Source: Arcobacteraceae bacterium (lineage in GTDB: Bacteria > Campylobacterota > Campylobacteria > Campylobacterales > Arcobacteraceae). From it: 64,000 nt of DNA. The translations under genes and the position numbers were made by a program. The notes beneath the pieces are model-generated. The model worked only from the letters and a program-made list of their open reading frames with translations. It did not search any database and was not told where the DNA came from. Where the stretch lies: positions 1,696,001 to 1,760,000 of the forward strand of contig OY759974.1 of assembly GCA_963662945.1 (NCBI GenBank), read 5' to 3'. Below, in pieces: positions 28,069 through 37,350 of this stretch. Position 1 is the stretch's first letter. Each line of letters begins with the position of its first letter.

Positions 28069-30215
28069 TTTCCTGCCAACTTTTGTAAGACTTCAGCTTT
28101 TTGTCCATCTAAGATTTTTTCCCCATGATTAAAAACAATTATTCTGTCACATAGTTCTAAAGTGCTCATTTTTTGTGTCACAAGAAGAAGTGTTTTATCT
28201 TCAATAATTGGTTGAAGTTTTTTAATAGTATTTGTTTCAGTAGTTTGATCCATAGCATTTGTTGGTTCATCAAATAATAAAGTATTTGCATCATATAATA
28301 AAGCTCTTGCAATTCCTACAGTTTGTTTTTGACCACCAGATAGACCTAATCCTCTCTCACCTATAGGCATATCATAACCCAGAGGATGTGTTTTTACAAA
28401 CTCATCAACTCCACCTATTTTAGAAACAACTAACATCTCTTCGTCAGTATAGTATCTATAGTTATTAAGAATATTTTCTTTTATAGTTCCTTTGAAAAGG
28501 TGAATCTCTTGAGGGATATATCCTATACTTTTTCTCAAATCTGCTGGGTCTAATTGTTTTATATCAATGCCATCAATTAAGATTGAACCACTTTGAGGTT
28601 CATATAGTTTGAGTAATAGTTTTGCAATTGTACTTTTCCCTGAGCCAATTCTTCCTAAAATAGCAACTTTTTCACCTTTATTTATAGTAAAACTTACATT
28701 TTTTAATACGGGAACTTCTGTATCTGGATAAGCAAAAGTTACATCTCTAAATTCGATGTTTCCAATAATCGCATCTCTTCTTACAAACTCTTTTCCTTTC
28801 GGTCTTTCAACAGGGCGTGTGATGATTGCATTGATAGCTTCATAGGAAGTTTTGGCATCCTCATAGTTACTAATAAGAGAAGCGGCTTGTCCCAAAGGTG
28901 CAACAGTTCTTGATGAGAGGATAATTATAGCTATTAATCCCCCCATTGTAAGATGAAAATCATTAATAAGATATACGCCATACAAAATACAAAGTATGGT
29001 ATTGAGTTGTACAAAAAATGCAGTTACATTTGGAATAGAACTTGATAATAGTCTTGATTTTAAACTTTTTGTTGCAATCTCTCCTGTTGATTCTTCATAA
29101 TTCCATTGCATTTTTCCTGAAAGTCCTAAGGCTTTGATTGTTTCTATATTTTGTAAAGATTCTATTAGTATCCCATTTTTATTAGCTGATGCTTCATGAG
29201 TACTTTCAATACTTTTTTGAAGAGGATTTTTTATCATGAAAGCGTATCCTAAAATAGAAAAAGAGATTAAAATGGGTATTAATACGAGGCTTCCTCCTAT
29301 ATATCCTATGAGTATAAGAAAAAAGATGACAAATGGCATATCAATAAGAACTGTTAAAGTTGCATTTGTTAGAAAAGAACGAATAGAATCAAAATCTTTA
29401 ATGTTACTTGCAAAAGCACCTACAGATTTTGGGTGTGAAGCAAGTGTTAAATCAAGAACTTTTTCAAAAATAATAGAAGAGATAATAATATCACTTTTTT
29501 TAGCAGCAATTTCTAACATATATGTTCTGGTAAATTTTAGAAAAATATCTAAAAGATACACTACGATAACTCCAAAGGTAAACATCCACAAAGTTTCTAT
29601 AGCATTATTTGGTATTACTCTATCATAAACATTCATTGTAAAAAGTGGAGTTGCCAATACGAATAGATTTATTAAAAAAGAGGCTAGAAGTACATCTTTA
29701 TAAATAGGTTTTGAAAGTTTTATTGTATCCCAAAACCAATGATTTGTATGGGTATGAAGTTTTTTATCTTTATTTCCATAAGAGTAGGGTTTTTTAAGCA
29801 TAAAAGCAAAACCTAAATATTCTTTTTCTAAAGTATCTATATCTATCCACTCTTCAATAGGATCATTTTCATTTGGATGAATGATTTTAGCTTCTTTTTT
29901 ATCAGATGAAAAATCTTCTAAAATACAACTGTTTTTATTTGATAAAAGAAGTATCACAGGAAGTTGTAATTGTAATATTTCTTTGATAGGTCTTTGAATT
30001 AAACTACTTTTTAATCCAGCTCTTTGTGCTGCTCTTGAAAAAAGAGACTTTGGATTTTCTTTTGTAAAAAGAATATTATCATTGTATAAATGTGAAGCTG
30101 GAAGTCCAGCCATAAGTGACTGGGCACTATATGGCTTGTGATAAAGTTTAGTATATAAAACCAAAGACTCTAAAAGAGAGTCTTTTTTGTTGTAGTTAGA
30201 AGTATTTTTATCCAT
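28065..30215 (-). CDS. T1SS ABC permease/ATPase (LapB-like)
   Basis: C39-like N-terminus; MNVYDRVIPN; GRIGSGKST; LSGGQKQ; DEPTNAMD. Confidence 0.95.
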   Translation of the reverse strand: MDKNTSNYNKKDSLLESLVLYTKLYHKPYSAQSLMAGLPASHLYNDNILFTKENPKSLFSRAAQRAGLKSSLIQRPIKEILQLQLPVILLLSNKNSCILEDFSSDKKEAKIIHPNENDPIEEWIDIDTLEKEYLGFAFMLKKPYSYGNKDKKLHTHTNHWFWDTIKLSKPIYKDVLLASFLINLFVLATPLFTMNVYDRVIPNNAIETLWMFTFGVIVVYLLDIFLKFTRTYMLEIAAKKSDIIISSIIFEKVLDLTLASHPKSVGAFASNIKDFDSIRSFLTNATLTVLIDMPFVIFFLILIGYIGGSLVLIPILISFSILGYAFMIKNPLQKSIESTHEASANKNGILIESLQNIETIKALGLSGKMQWNYEESTGEIATKSLKSRLLSSSIPNVTAFFVQLNTILCILYGVYLINDFHLTMGGLIAIIILSSRTVAPLGQAASLISNYEDAKTSYEAINAIITRPVERPKGKEFVRRDAIIGNIEFRDVTFAYPDTEVPVLKNVSFTINKGEKVAILGRIGSGKSTIAKLLLKLYEPQSGSILIDGIDIKQLDPADLRKSIGYIPQEIHLFKGTIKENILNNYRYYTDEEMLVVSKIGGVDEFVKTHPLGYDMPIGERGLGLSGGQKQTVGIARALLYDANTLLFDEPTNAMDQTTETNTIKKLQPIIEDKTLLLVTQKMSTLELCDRIIVFNHGEKILDGQKAEVLQKLAGK

Positions 30216-31189
30216 TAGTAAAGTTTAATTTCTACCCTTCTATTTTCTTCTCTTCCCTCTTCAGTATCATTTGTTGCAATTGGTTCTGAAGAAGCTTTTC
30301 CATAAACAGAAATTCTTGAAGACTGAATCCCTTGTTCTATTAAATATTTTCTAATACTTAATGCTCTTTTTTCAGATAAAATTTGATTTCCTAAACTTGT
30401 TCCTTCATTACTTGTATGTCCAAATAACAGTACTTTGAACTCTGGATATTTATTCATAAATTCAATTACTTTTGTAAGTTTATTAAATGAAACTTCTTTA
30501 ATAATAGAAGAATTGACATTGTAATGAATTGTTAAATTTAAAATTTCAGAACATCCATCAGCATTTACAGAATGACCAAGTGGAGTGAATTGACATTTGT
30601 CTTTACTATCAATAACACCATCTTGATCACTGTCAGCATTTTTATCTTTTGCTATATAAATAGTTACCATAGCTCTATAATTTAGTTCTCTACCTTCTTG
30701 TGTAGCTCGTGTATACATATTATCTAAGCCACCTCTTTGTTCAACTATCATAATATCTTTTGGAAGACCTTTATTGATAAGTTGCTCATGTGTGTAAGTT
30801 GCATAATCTAATGCAATTTTTTGACTTGATTCTATTGTTAAATCATTTGGATATGTTGGATACCACCAAGATTGATTTACTTTTTCTGTTTTTGTTTGGA
30901 CATGGTCTGTGTATCCTATGATTGTAACTTTCATATCTCTATCTTTGTATTTTTCATAAGTTTTTACAATTTCATCTAGATATTCTTGAGATTCTTGTTT
31001 TATCTCATTTGTTGATGGATTGAAGAAAACAGGTTTAAATCGTATAATTTCATCAAAATCTCCATACATGAGATGTTTATCAAGCTCTTTATCTATTTGA
31101 TTATTATCAGAATTTACCAAATATGGATAATCATATAAGCCTGCAAATGCTACTGAAACACTAAAAAGTATTGTTATTATCTTTTTCAT
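30215..31189 (-). CDS. OmpA-family peptidoglycan-binding protein (two OmpA-like domains, TSP3-like linker)
   Basis: IIGYTD...NYRA; DSDQDGVIDSKDKC; GHTS...NQILSEKRA...NRRVEI. Confidence 0.88.
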   Translation of the reverse strand: MKKIITILFSVSVAFAGLYDYPYLVNSDNNQIDKELDKHLMYGDFDEIIRFKPVFFNPSTNEIKQESQEYLDEIVKTYEKYKDRDMKVTIIGYTDHVQTKTEKVNQSWWYPTYPNDLTIESSQKIALDYATYTHEQLINKGLPKDIMIVEQRGGLDNMYTRATQEGRELNYRAMVTIYIAKDKNADSDQDGVIDSKDKCQFTPLGHSVNADGCSEILNLTIHYNVNSSIIKEVSFNKLTKVIEFMNKYPEFKVLLFGHTSNEGTSLGNQILSEKRALSIRKYLIEQGIQSSRISVYGKASSEPIATNDTEEGREENRRVEIKLY

Positions 31190-32745
31190 TATTTGTTACC
31201 TTCTTTAAAAGTTTTATTGTTTTTAAGTGCTTTTAGTGAAATCTCTTTATTTGGATCATAAATATCTTTTGTACATCCATAAGGCATAAGATGATTTTTA
31301 TCTTCTAAATGTGAGTTATTACAAACATCAAGACTATTTACTAACATATCATTATCTTCATCTAAACTAATAGGAAGTTTATCTAGCACATATTTCATCT
31401 TATCTGTATTGATATTTACAGCATGTTCATAGCTAGATTGATCACCCATAACAACTGTTACAAGTAAACCCATAGCATCAAGTAATCTGTATTGTGCAAA
31501 AAGTTGTTCAGTTTGTGCTTTTATCATTTGTGCTCTTGAATTTACCACATCATTTTGTGCAGTAATAAAGTCTAATAGTGATCTTTTTCCTAGATTGTAT
31601 TCTTCTTTATAGCTAATAAGTGTTGATTCACTATATTTGTTATATTCTTCTAACTGAGAGATTTGTTCTTTTATGATTTCATATGCTGACCAAGAAAGTT
31701 CTAAACCTTCTATAACTTGTCTTTGTAAATCTTGATGTATTTGTAACTCTTGGTGCATTTTACTAATAGCTTTTTGCTCAGTTGCCTTATCAGCACCACC
31801 TCTGTAGAGATTCCAATTTAATACAAAACCAACTCTAAATCTATCATCTGGTTCATCAAAACCATTTTTATCTGTATGATAATCGTTGTAAAGTTGTTCT
31901 ATTTCAAAATCAATTTTAGGATAATAACCACTTTTAGATTTTTTGTATAAAGCCTGAGCTCCTTCTAAGTTGTAGTGACTTACTATTAAAGAAGGATTAT
32001 TTCGTATTGCATACATAGTAGCTCTTTGAATTGATTCTGGCATTTGTACTTCTAGAATTGGCAGTTCCATATCTGTAACAGTTGGTTTTCTTCCTAAAAT
32101 TCTTGCAAAATTAAATTCAGCATCTTTTGTATTGTTTTTTTGAACAATATAGTTTGTTTTTGCTAATGCTAAACCAGCTTTTACTTTAGAAATAGATGAA
32201 GCTGTATTTAATCCTGCATTGTAAAGATTTTGAATATCTTCATACATTTGTTGATGAAACTCAACACTATCTTTTGCATTTTGTAGAAGTTTATAGTTTT
32301 TTACAACATTCAAATATGCTTCTACCATTCGAAAGCTCATATCATTGGCTTTTTCTAAATAATGATAAGCTGCTGCTAAAACTCGTGCTTCTTGATAATC
32401 CACTTTATAAGTAGTATCAAAACCATTAAAAAGATTTTGTGTAAGTTTAAGTGAATTTTCATAATAATCATAATTCACATCTCTAATCTCATTATTAAGA
32501 TTTCCAGCATCTTTATATCCAATACCTGAACGTAAATCTACACTTGGAAGATATTCAGATTCTGATATTTTTAAATCTTGCTGTGTAGCTCTATAGTTAC
32601 TTACTCTTTCTGTTATTACAGGATTTGTATTGATAACTTCTGATACACTTTCTTTTAAAGTAAGTGCATTTAGGTTTGTTAGAAAAAAGCTAAAGCTTCC
32701 CACGAGAAACAAACATACAATTTGTTTTTTACTATTTTTCCCCAT
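31189..32745 (-). CDS. TolC-family outer membrane protein (LapE/AggA-like)
   Basis: YLPSVDL, QNLFNGF, WNLYRGG, YNLGKRSLLD. Confidence 0.93.
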   Translation of the reverse strand: MGKNSKKQIVCLFLVGSFSFFLTNLNALTLKESVSEVINTNPVITERVSNYRATQQDLKISESEYLPSVDLRSGIGYKDAGNLNNEIRDVNYDYYENSLKLTQNLFNGFDTTYKVDYQEARVLAAAYHYLEKANDMSFRMVEAYLNVVKNYKLLQNAKDSVEFHQQMYEDIQNLYNAGLNTASSISKVKAGLALAKTNYIVQKNNTKDAEFNFARILGRKPTVTDMELPILEVQMPESIQRATMYAIRNNPSLIVSHYNLEGAQALYKKSKSGYYPKIDFEIEQLYNDYHTDKNGFDEPDDRFRVGFVLNWNLYRGGADKATEQKAISKMHQELQIHQDLQRQVIEGLELSWSAYEIIKEQISQLEEYNKYSESTLISYKEEYNLGKRSLLDFITAQNDVVNSRAQMIKAQTEQLFAQYRLLDAMGLLVTVVMGDQSSYEHAVNINTDKMKYVLDKLPISLDEDNDMLVNSLDVCNNSHLEDKNHLMPYGCTKDIYDPNKEISLKALKNNKTFKEGNK

Positions 32746-32773
32746 ATAATACCTTTTATATTAATTTTCAAGT

Positions 32774-32805
32774 ATTATAAATTGAAGAAGTATCCTACTA
32801 GTATC
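32774..32805 (-). promoter_or_regulatory. Direct-repeat box plus -10 for the T1SS operon
   Basis: Minus strand GATACT-N5-GATACT-N9-TATAAT. Confidence 0.65.
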
Positions 32806-32928
32806 ATTTGTAATAAAAAATATTATTTTAATGAAATATAAAGAAAAGTTTATTTTTTAACACTTTCTTATTTCTCTTTGGATAAAATGGAAAAATAAGA
32901 AAATTTAATCAAAATATTAGGATATGCT

Positions 32929-33570
32929 TTGTTAAATATGAAAATGTTATTTATTATTAACACGGTAATATTATTGATTCTTGCTATTTATATGCTTTTT
33001 TTGTACAAGAAAAATTCACAAAACAGAGCTACGAAATTTATAACATATTTTGTAGTTTTGTATTGTTTAGGTTTTACACTATTTATCTTGCGTAATCAAA
33101 TACCAGATTTTTTATCGATGGTTATAGCGAATACTTTTTTTGCCTTAGGTTCTCTTTGCTTATATGTGGCAACAAGAGCTATTGTTGGTTTAGATTCAAA
33201 GTGGCAAATAAGATACTGGATACCAGTATTGATTATTTTTGTGGGATTCAATATTTTTACTTTTATTGATTTTAATCCTAATATGAGAGCTTTGATGTAT
33301 TCAGTTTTTGCTCTATTATATTCGTTGCTTGAAATGTGGCTATTTGGATTTTATACCTCTTCTAAGTTTTATACTTTTGATAAAATATCTTCAATAGTCT
33401 TTTTCGTAGGTGCTATAATATTTTTATTGAGAGCTATAGAAAGTAGAATAATTCATATAGATGCATATTATTTTAATAATGTTAATTTAATCATTTCTTT
33501 ACCAAATATTTATATGCTAGTATTAAATATCTGGATACTTACCTTGGTAACATATAGAATTAAAAATTGA
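32929..33570 (+). CDS. Integral membrane protein (~7 TM) resembling a sensor membrane domain, no output domain
   Basis: Seven hydrophobic segments; LRNQIPDFLSMVIANT. Confidence 0.75.
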   Translation: MLNMKMLFIINTVILLILAIYMLFLYKKNSQNRATKFITYFVVLYCLGFTLFILRNQIPDFLSMVIANTFFALGSLCLYVATRAIVGLDSKWQIRYWIPVLIIFVGFNIFTFIDFNPNMRALMYSVFALLYSLLEMWLFGFYTSSKFYTFDKISSIVFFVGAIIFLLRAIESRIIHIDAYYFNNVNLIISLPNIYMLVLNIWILTLVTYRIKN

Positions 33571-34249
33571 TTTTATAGCCTTCATTAAATTGATTGAGAA
33601 TACTATCTTCAGGTAGTTTTTTTCGAAGTCGTTTTACCATATTTTTTAAACTATTGATATTGAAATTTTCCTCTTCCCAAAAATATTCAAAAATCTCATC
33701 ATAAGTAAATGTCTTATTTTGTTTTGAAAATAGTAGAGATAAAAATTTCCTTTCATTACTTGTAAGTTCAACTAAAACATTAAATTGGGATAATTCCATT
33801 GTTTCAAGGTTCCAACAAAAATTATCTTTTAGATCAATTTTCTTTAAAGGAGTGATTTCATAGTTTGTTAACTCATAAATAGTGGAATTTAAAGCATCTT
33901 GCAAAGTTTTTCTATCTACTGGTTTTACTAAATATTTTGTTAATTTTAATGATAAGGCATCCATGAGAAATACTTTATCTGTATGTGCTGTTAACATAAT
34001 AGCTTTTGTTGTTTGGTCTTTTTCTCTTATTTTTTTTAGAAGTTCTAGACCATTTAATTTTGGAATATTAATATCTATAATCATAATGTCAGGGTGTTTT
34101 TCTTTATAAAGTTCATAAGCTTTTTCCCCATCTTCAGCTTCATAAACCTCTTGAAAATGCATTTTTAAATACATTACATAATTTTCACGCGTAACTTTTT
34201 CATCTTCTACAAATAAGATTTTATATGGATAGTGTTTATCAGAAATCAT
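33560..34249 (-). CDS. OmpR/PhoB-family response regulator
   Basis: ILFVEDE, IIDINIP, MLTAH, YLVKP; winged helix SLKNMVKRLRKKL...GYK. Confidence 0.93.
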   Translation of the reverse strand: MISDKHYPYKILFVEDEKVTRENYVMYLKMHFQEVYEAEDGEKAYELYKEKHPDIMIIDINIPKLNGLELLKKIREKDQTTKAIMLTAHTDKVFLMDALSLKLTKYLVKPVDRKTLQDALNSTIYELTNYEITPLKKIDLKDNFCWNLETMELSQFNVLVELTSNERKFLSLLFSKQNKTFTYDEIFEYFWEEENFNINSLKNMVKRLRKKLPEDSILNQFNEGYKINF

Positions 34250-37236
34250 TTTTCTCCTTTTGGTATTTGAATTGTAAATAATGCACCTTTTGCGCCATTT
34301 GTGACATTAAGATTGCCTCCTAATCCTTCTTCAATAATCATTTTTGACATATATAAACCAAGACCTGTTCCTTGTGATTTGTGTTTTGTAGTAAAATATG
34401 GTTCAAAAATTTTATTCATAATTTCTTTTTTTATTCCAGATGCATTATCTTCTATATTTATATAAATATATTCTTCTAGTTCATATGATTCAACAGTAAT
34501 TAGAGGTGATTCAATATTCATAAGTACTAGTGCATCAATTGCATTGTTTAATAAAGCTAAAATAACTTGCTGTAATTCATCTAGATAACCATAACATTCT
34601 AACTTAGGATCTACTATTGTGATTGTTCGAATTTCTTTTGAAACTAAAGAGCCTTTTAAAATATTATATGATTTTTCTATCGCATTTTTAACTTTAAATT
34701 TTGTTTTTTGTTTATCTGGATTAAAAAAGTTTTTAAAATCATCAATTGTTTTTGACATATATGCTGTTAATGATTCAATTTCTAAAAGTTTTTTTTCTAT
34801 TGTTGTATCAAAACATTTGTTTTTTTGCAAATATGCATCAACAATTAATACTGAGGAATTGATTTGTGCAAGAGGCTGTCTCCATTGATGTGCTATATTT
34901 TCAATCATTTCTCCCATCTGTGCTAATTTACTTTGATGCATTAGAATTACTTGATTTTTTATATTTTTATCTATCTCTGTTTTTATTCTTTCTTCAAGTG
35001 AATTATTTAAATCTTCAAGTTGTTTTTTTGCAAGTGTTAATTGTTCTGTTTTTTCTTTCAATGCAAGTTCATTTTGTCTTTGATTTGTAATATCATAACC
35101 AATATTGATAATTTCATCTGTTGGAAGTTTTACATTAGCCCACATAGTGATTAATGTTTTTCCCTCTTTTGTTTTAGGATGCCATTCTTCATATTTATTG
35201 TAATTTCTTTTGTTAAAAGATTCAATTAATTTTTTTTGATCTTGTGGGTCTGGATAAAAGAGTTTTATAGGTGCCGGATGATTTTTAATTTCTTCAAAAC
35301 TCCAACCAAAAATTTTTTCACATTCTTGATTCCAGTAAGTTACTCTGCCTTGGTTATCAAAAGAGTCTAAAAGAACAGGGGCAATATCAAATAAAGTTTG
35401 GAGTTTTTTTTGATTTTCTTTTAATTGTTTTTGAGCAAGTTCTTTATTCTTTATCTCTTCTTTTAACTTGAAATTCCAGTAGATAAAGATACTGACTAGT
35501 ACAAATCCTAAGAATATTATTTGTGCGATTACTTGATAATCAACAGCCAATTGATAACTAATATTATTCCATTTATTAAAAATATGTTCTCGTGTGGTAT
35601 CATCTATAGAAAAAAGTGTTTTTTCAAAGATTTCATTTAGTAAAGGTTCATCATTTCTTGATGCAATTCCAAGATAAAACATTTCAGAAAAATAACCTGT
35701 GATAGAGATATTATTATTCATTTTGTTTTTTTGAATTTCATGATTTATTACCATTGAATTATCTAAAAAACCAAATATTTTTTCTTGATCTACATATGAT
35801 AAACCTTCTTGGATTGAATCTACTTCAACTAAGTTAATGTGGGGATATTTGATTTTTAATAGTTCAACTATAGAATAATTTTTTACTACACCTAAAGCTT
35901 TATCTTGTAGATTACTTAGATTATTTGAAAATGGAACACCTTGTTTTGTCACAATAGCCAATGGGATTTTCACATAAGGGCTAGTAAAATTAAGATACTT
36001 TTGTCTTTTGGGAGTTTTCTCAGCTAAAGCTAAAAAATCACACTCCTTATGTTGTATTTTTTGTAAACTTTGTGTCCATGTGTCAGTTTGAATAAGTTGT
36101 ATAGGTGTATGGATTTTTTCTGAAATAATTTCCATAAAATCTGCTGCAACTCCTATATGTTTTCCATTTTCTATTTTTTCTAAAGGCATCCAATTGGGAT
36201 CAATACACATCTTTAAAGTCTTTTTTTTCTGGAGATAGTTTCTTTGTTCTATGGTTAAGTCAAGGGTATTGTTTTTTGTTTTATAAATAAATGCATTTAA
36301 TTTTTCTTTTGATTCTTTTGGAATAAGTAAAGATTGTGCAAAAGTATCGGCAATCATCTCGACTTTTCCTAACTCAATACTTCCAATAGGATAGATATTT
36401 GTAAGCATTAAATATTCTATTTGATTTGCTTCAAAGAGTAAAGCTTCTTTAGATTTATTTTGAGTATTATATTTTTGTATTATAATATCTGCTAATTCTT
36501 CTTTATGTTTTAAAGCATACTCCCAACCTTTTATAGAAGCATTTCTAAAATTCTCAACTCGTTTAGGATTATTTTCTAATTCACTTTTTGTTGTAAAAAG
36601 ATTTATATCATAAAATTTTGTTCCAAAAACAGCTGGATCTAAAATATTGTATTGAACACCTAGTTTATTTAAAGTGTGGATTTCATTTGTAGTAAAAACA
36701 CTAATGGCATCCACATCTTTTTTAATAAAACTTTGAATATTAAATTTTTGTGGAACATTTTGAAAATCGTGAGGAGTGATATTAAACTGATTTAACATGG
36801 TTAGAATAGTTTGTTTATGGGAACTATCTAAAAGTCCCATGATTTTTTTCCCTTTTAAATCAGCAGGAGTACGAATATTTTTTTGTGTTACTAAAACTAA
36901 GGGTGATTGTTTAAAAAAATTAGCCACAAAAACGAGAGGTTTCCCCTGCATATAATCTACAATAAATGTAGAATAACTAAGTCCATAATCTGAATTTCCA
37001 TCTAAAACTTCATCAACAATATTCATATTTTGTTTAAATTCGCTAAAATCAACATCTAAACCTACTTCTTTATAAAAACCTTTTTCTTTAGCCGCATAAA
37101 ATCCAGCAAATTCAAATTGATGTTTCCATTGTAGTTGAAGTTTTATTTTTTCATTGGGTATTACATTTGAAGTATTTGATACAAGAATATCTATTGAGAA
37201 ATAAAACAATATTATGATTTTTAAAATAGATTTCAT
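34246..37236 (-). CDS. Sensor histidine kinase: NMT1/SsuA-like SBP + family-3 SBP + PAS + HisKA/HATPase
   Basis: LQLQWKHQFEFAGFY, CIDPNWMP, EMIENIAHQWRQPL, TTKHKSQGTGLGL. Confidence 0.92.
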   Translation of the reverse strand: MKSILKIIILFYFSIDILVSNTSNVIPNEKIKLQLQWKHQFEFAGFYAAKEKGFYKEVGLDVDFSEFKQNMNIVDEVLDGNSDYGLSYSTFIVDYMQGKPLVFVANFFKQSPLVLVTQKNIRTPADLKGKKIMGLLDSSHKQTILTMLNQFNITPHDFQNVPQKFNIQSFIKKDVDAISVFTTNEIHTLNKLGVQYNILDPAVFGTKFYDINLFTTKSELENNPKRVENFRNASIKGWEYALKHKEELADIIIQKYNTQNKSKEALLFEANQIEYLMLTNIYPIGSIELGKVEMIADTFAQSLLIPKESKEKLNAFIYKTKNNTLDLTIEQRNYLQKKKTLKMCIDPNWMPLEKIENGKHIGVAADFMEIISEKIHTPIQLIQTDTWTQSLQKIQHKECDFLALAEKTPKRQKYLNFTSPYVKIPLAIVTKQGVPFSNNLSNLQDKALGVVKNYSIVELLKIKYPHINLVEVDSIQEGLSYVDQEKIFGFLDNSMVINHEIQKNKMNNNISITGYFSEMFYLGIASRNDEPLLNEIFEKTLFSIDDTTREHIFNKWNNISYQLAVDYQVIAQIIFLGFVLVSIFIYWNFKLKEEIKNKELAQKQLKENQKKLQTLFDIAPVLLDSFDNQGRVTYWNQECEKIFGWSFEEIKNHPAPIKLFYPDPQDQKKLIESFNKRNYNKYEEWHPKTKEGKTLITMWANVKLPTDEIINIGYDITNQRQNELALKEKTEQLTLAKKQLEDLNNSLEERIKTEIDKNIKNQVILMHQSKLAQMGEMIENIAHQWRQPLAQINSSVLIVDAYLQKNKCFDTTIEKKLLEIESLTAYMSKTIDDFKNFFNPDKQKTKFKVKNAIEKSYNILKGSLVSKEIRTITIVDPKLECYGYLDELQQVILALLNNAIDALVLMNIESPLITVESYELEEYIYINIEDNASGIKKEIMNKIFEPYFTTKHKSQGTGLGLYMSKMIIEEGLGGNLNVTNGAKGALFTIQIPKGEK

Positions 37237-37350
37237 TAATAATAATCTTTCATGATAAATTGGTCTAAATTTTTATATATAATAATACTTGAAATATACT
37301 TATGATACTACTATGAAAAAGTATCAAACTTATATCATTGATGATAAGTT

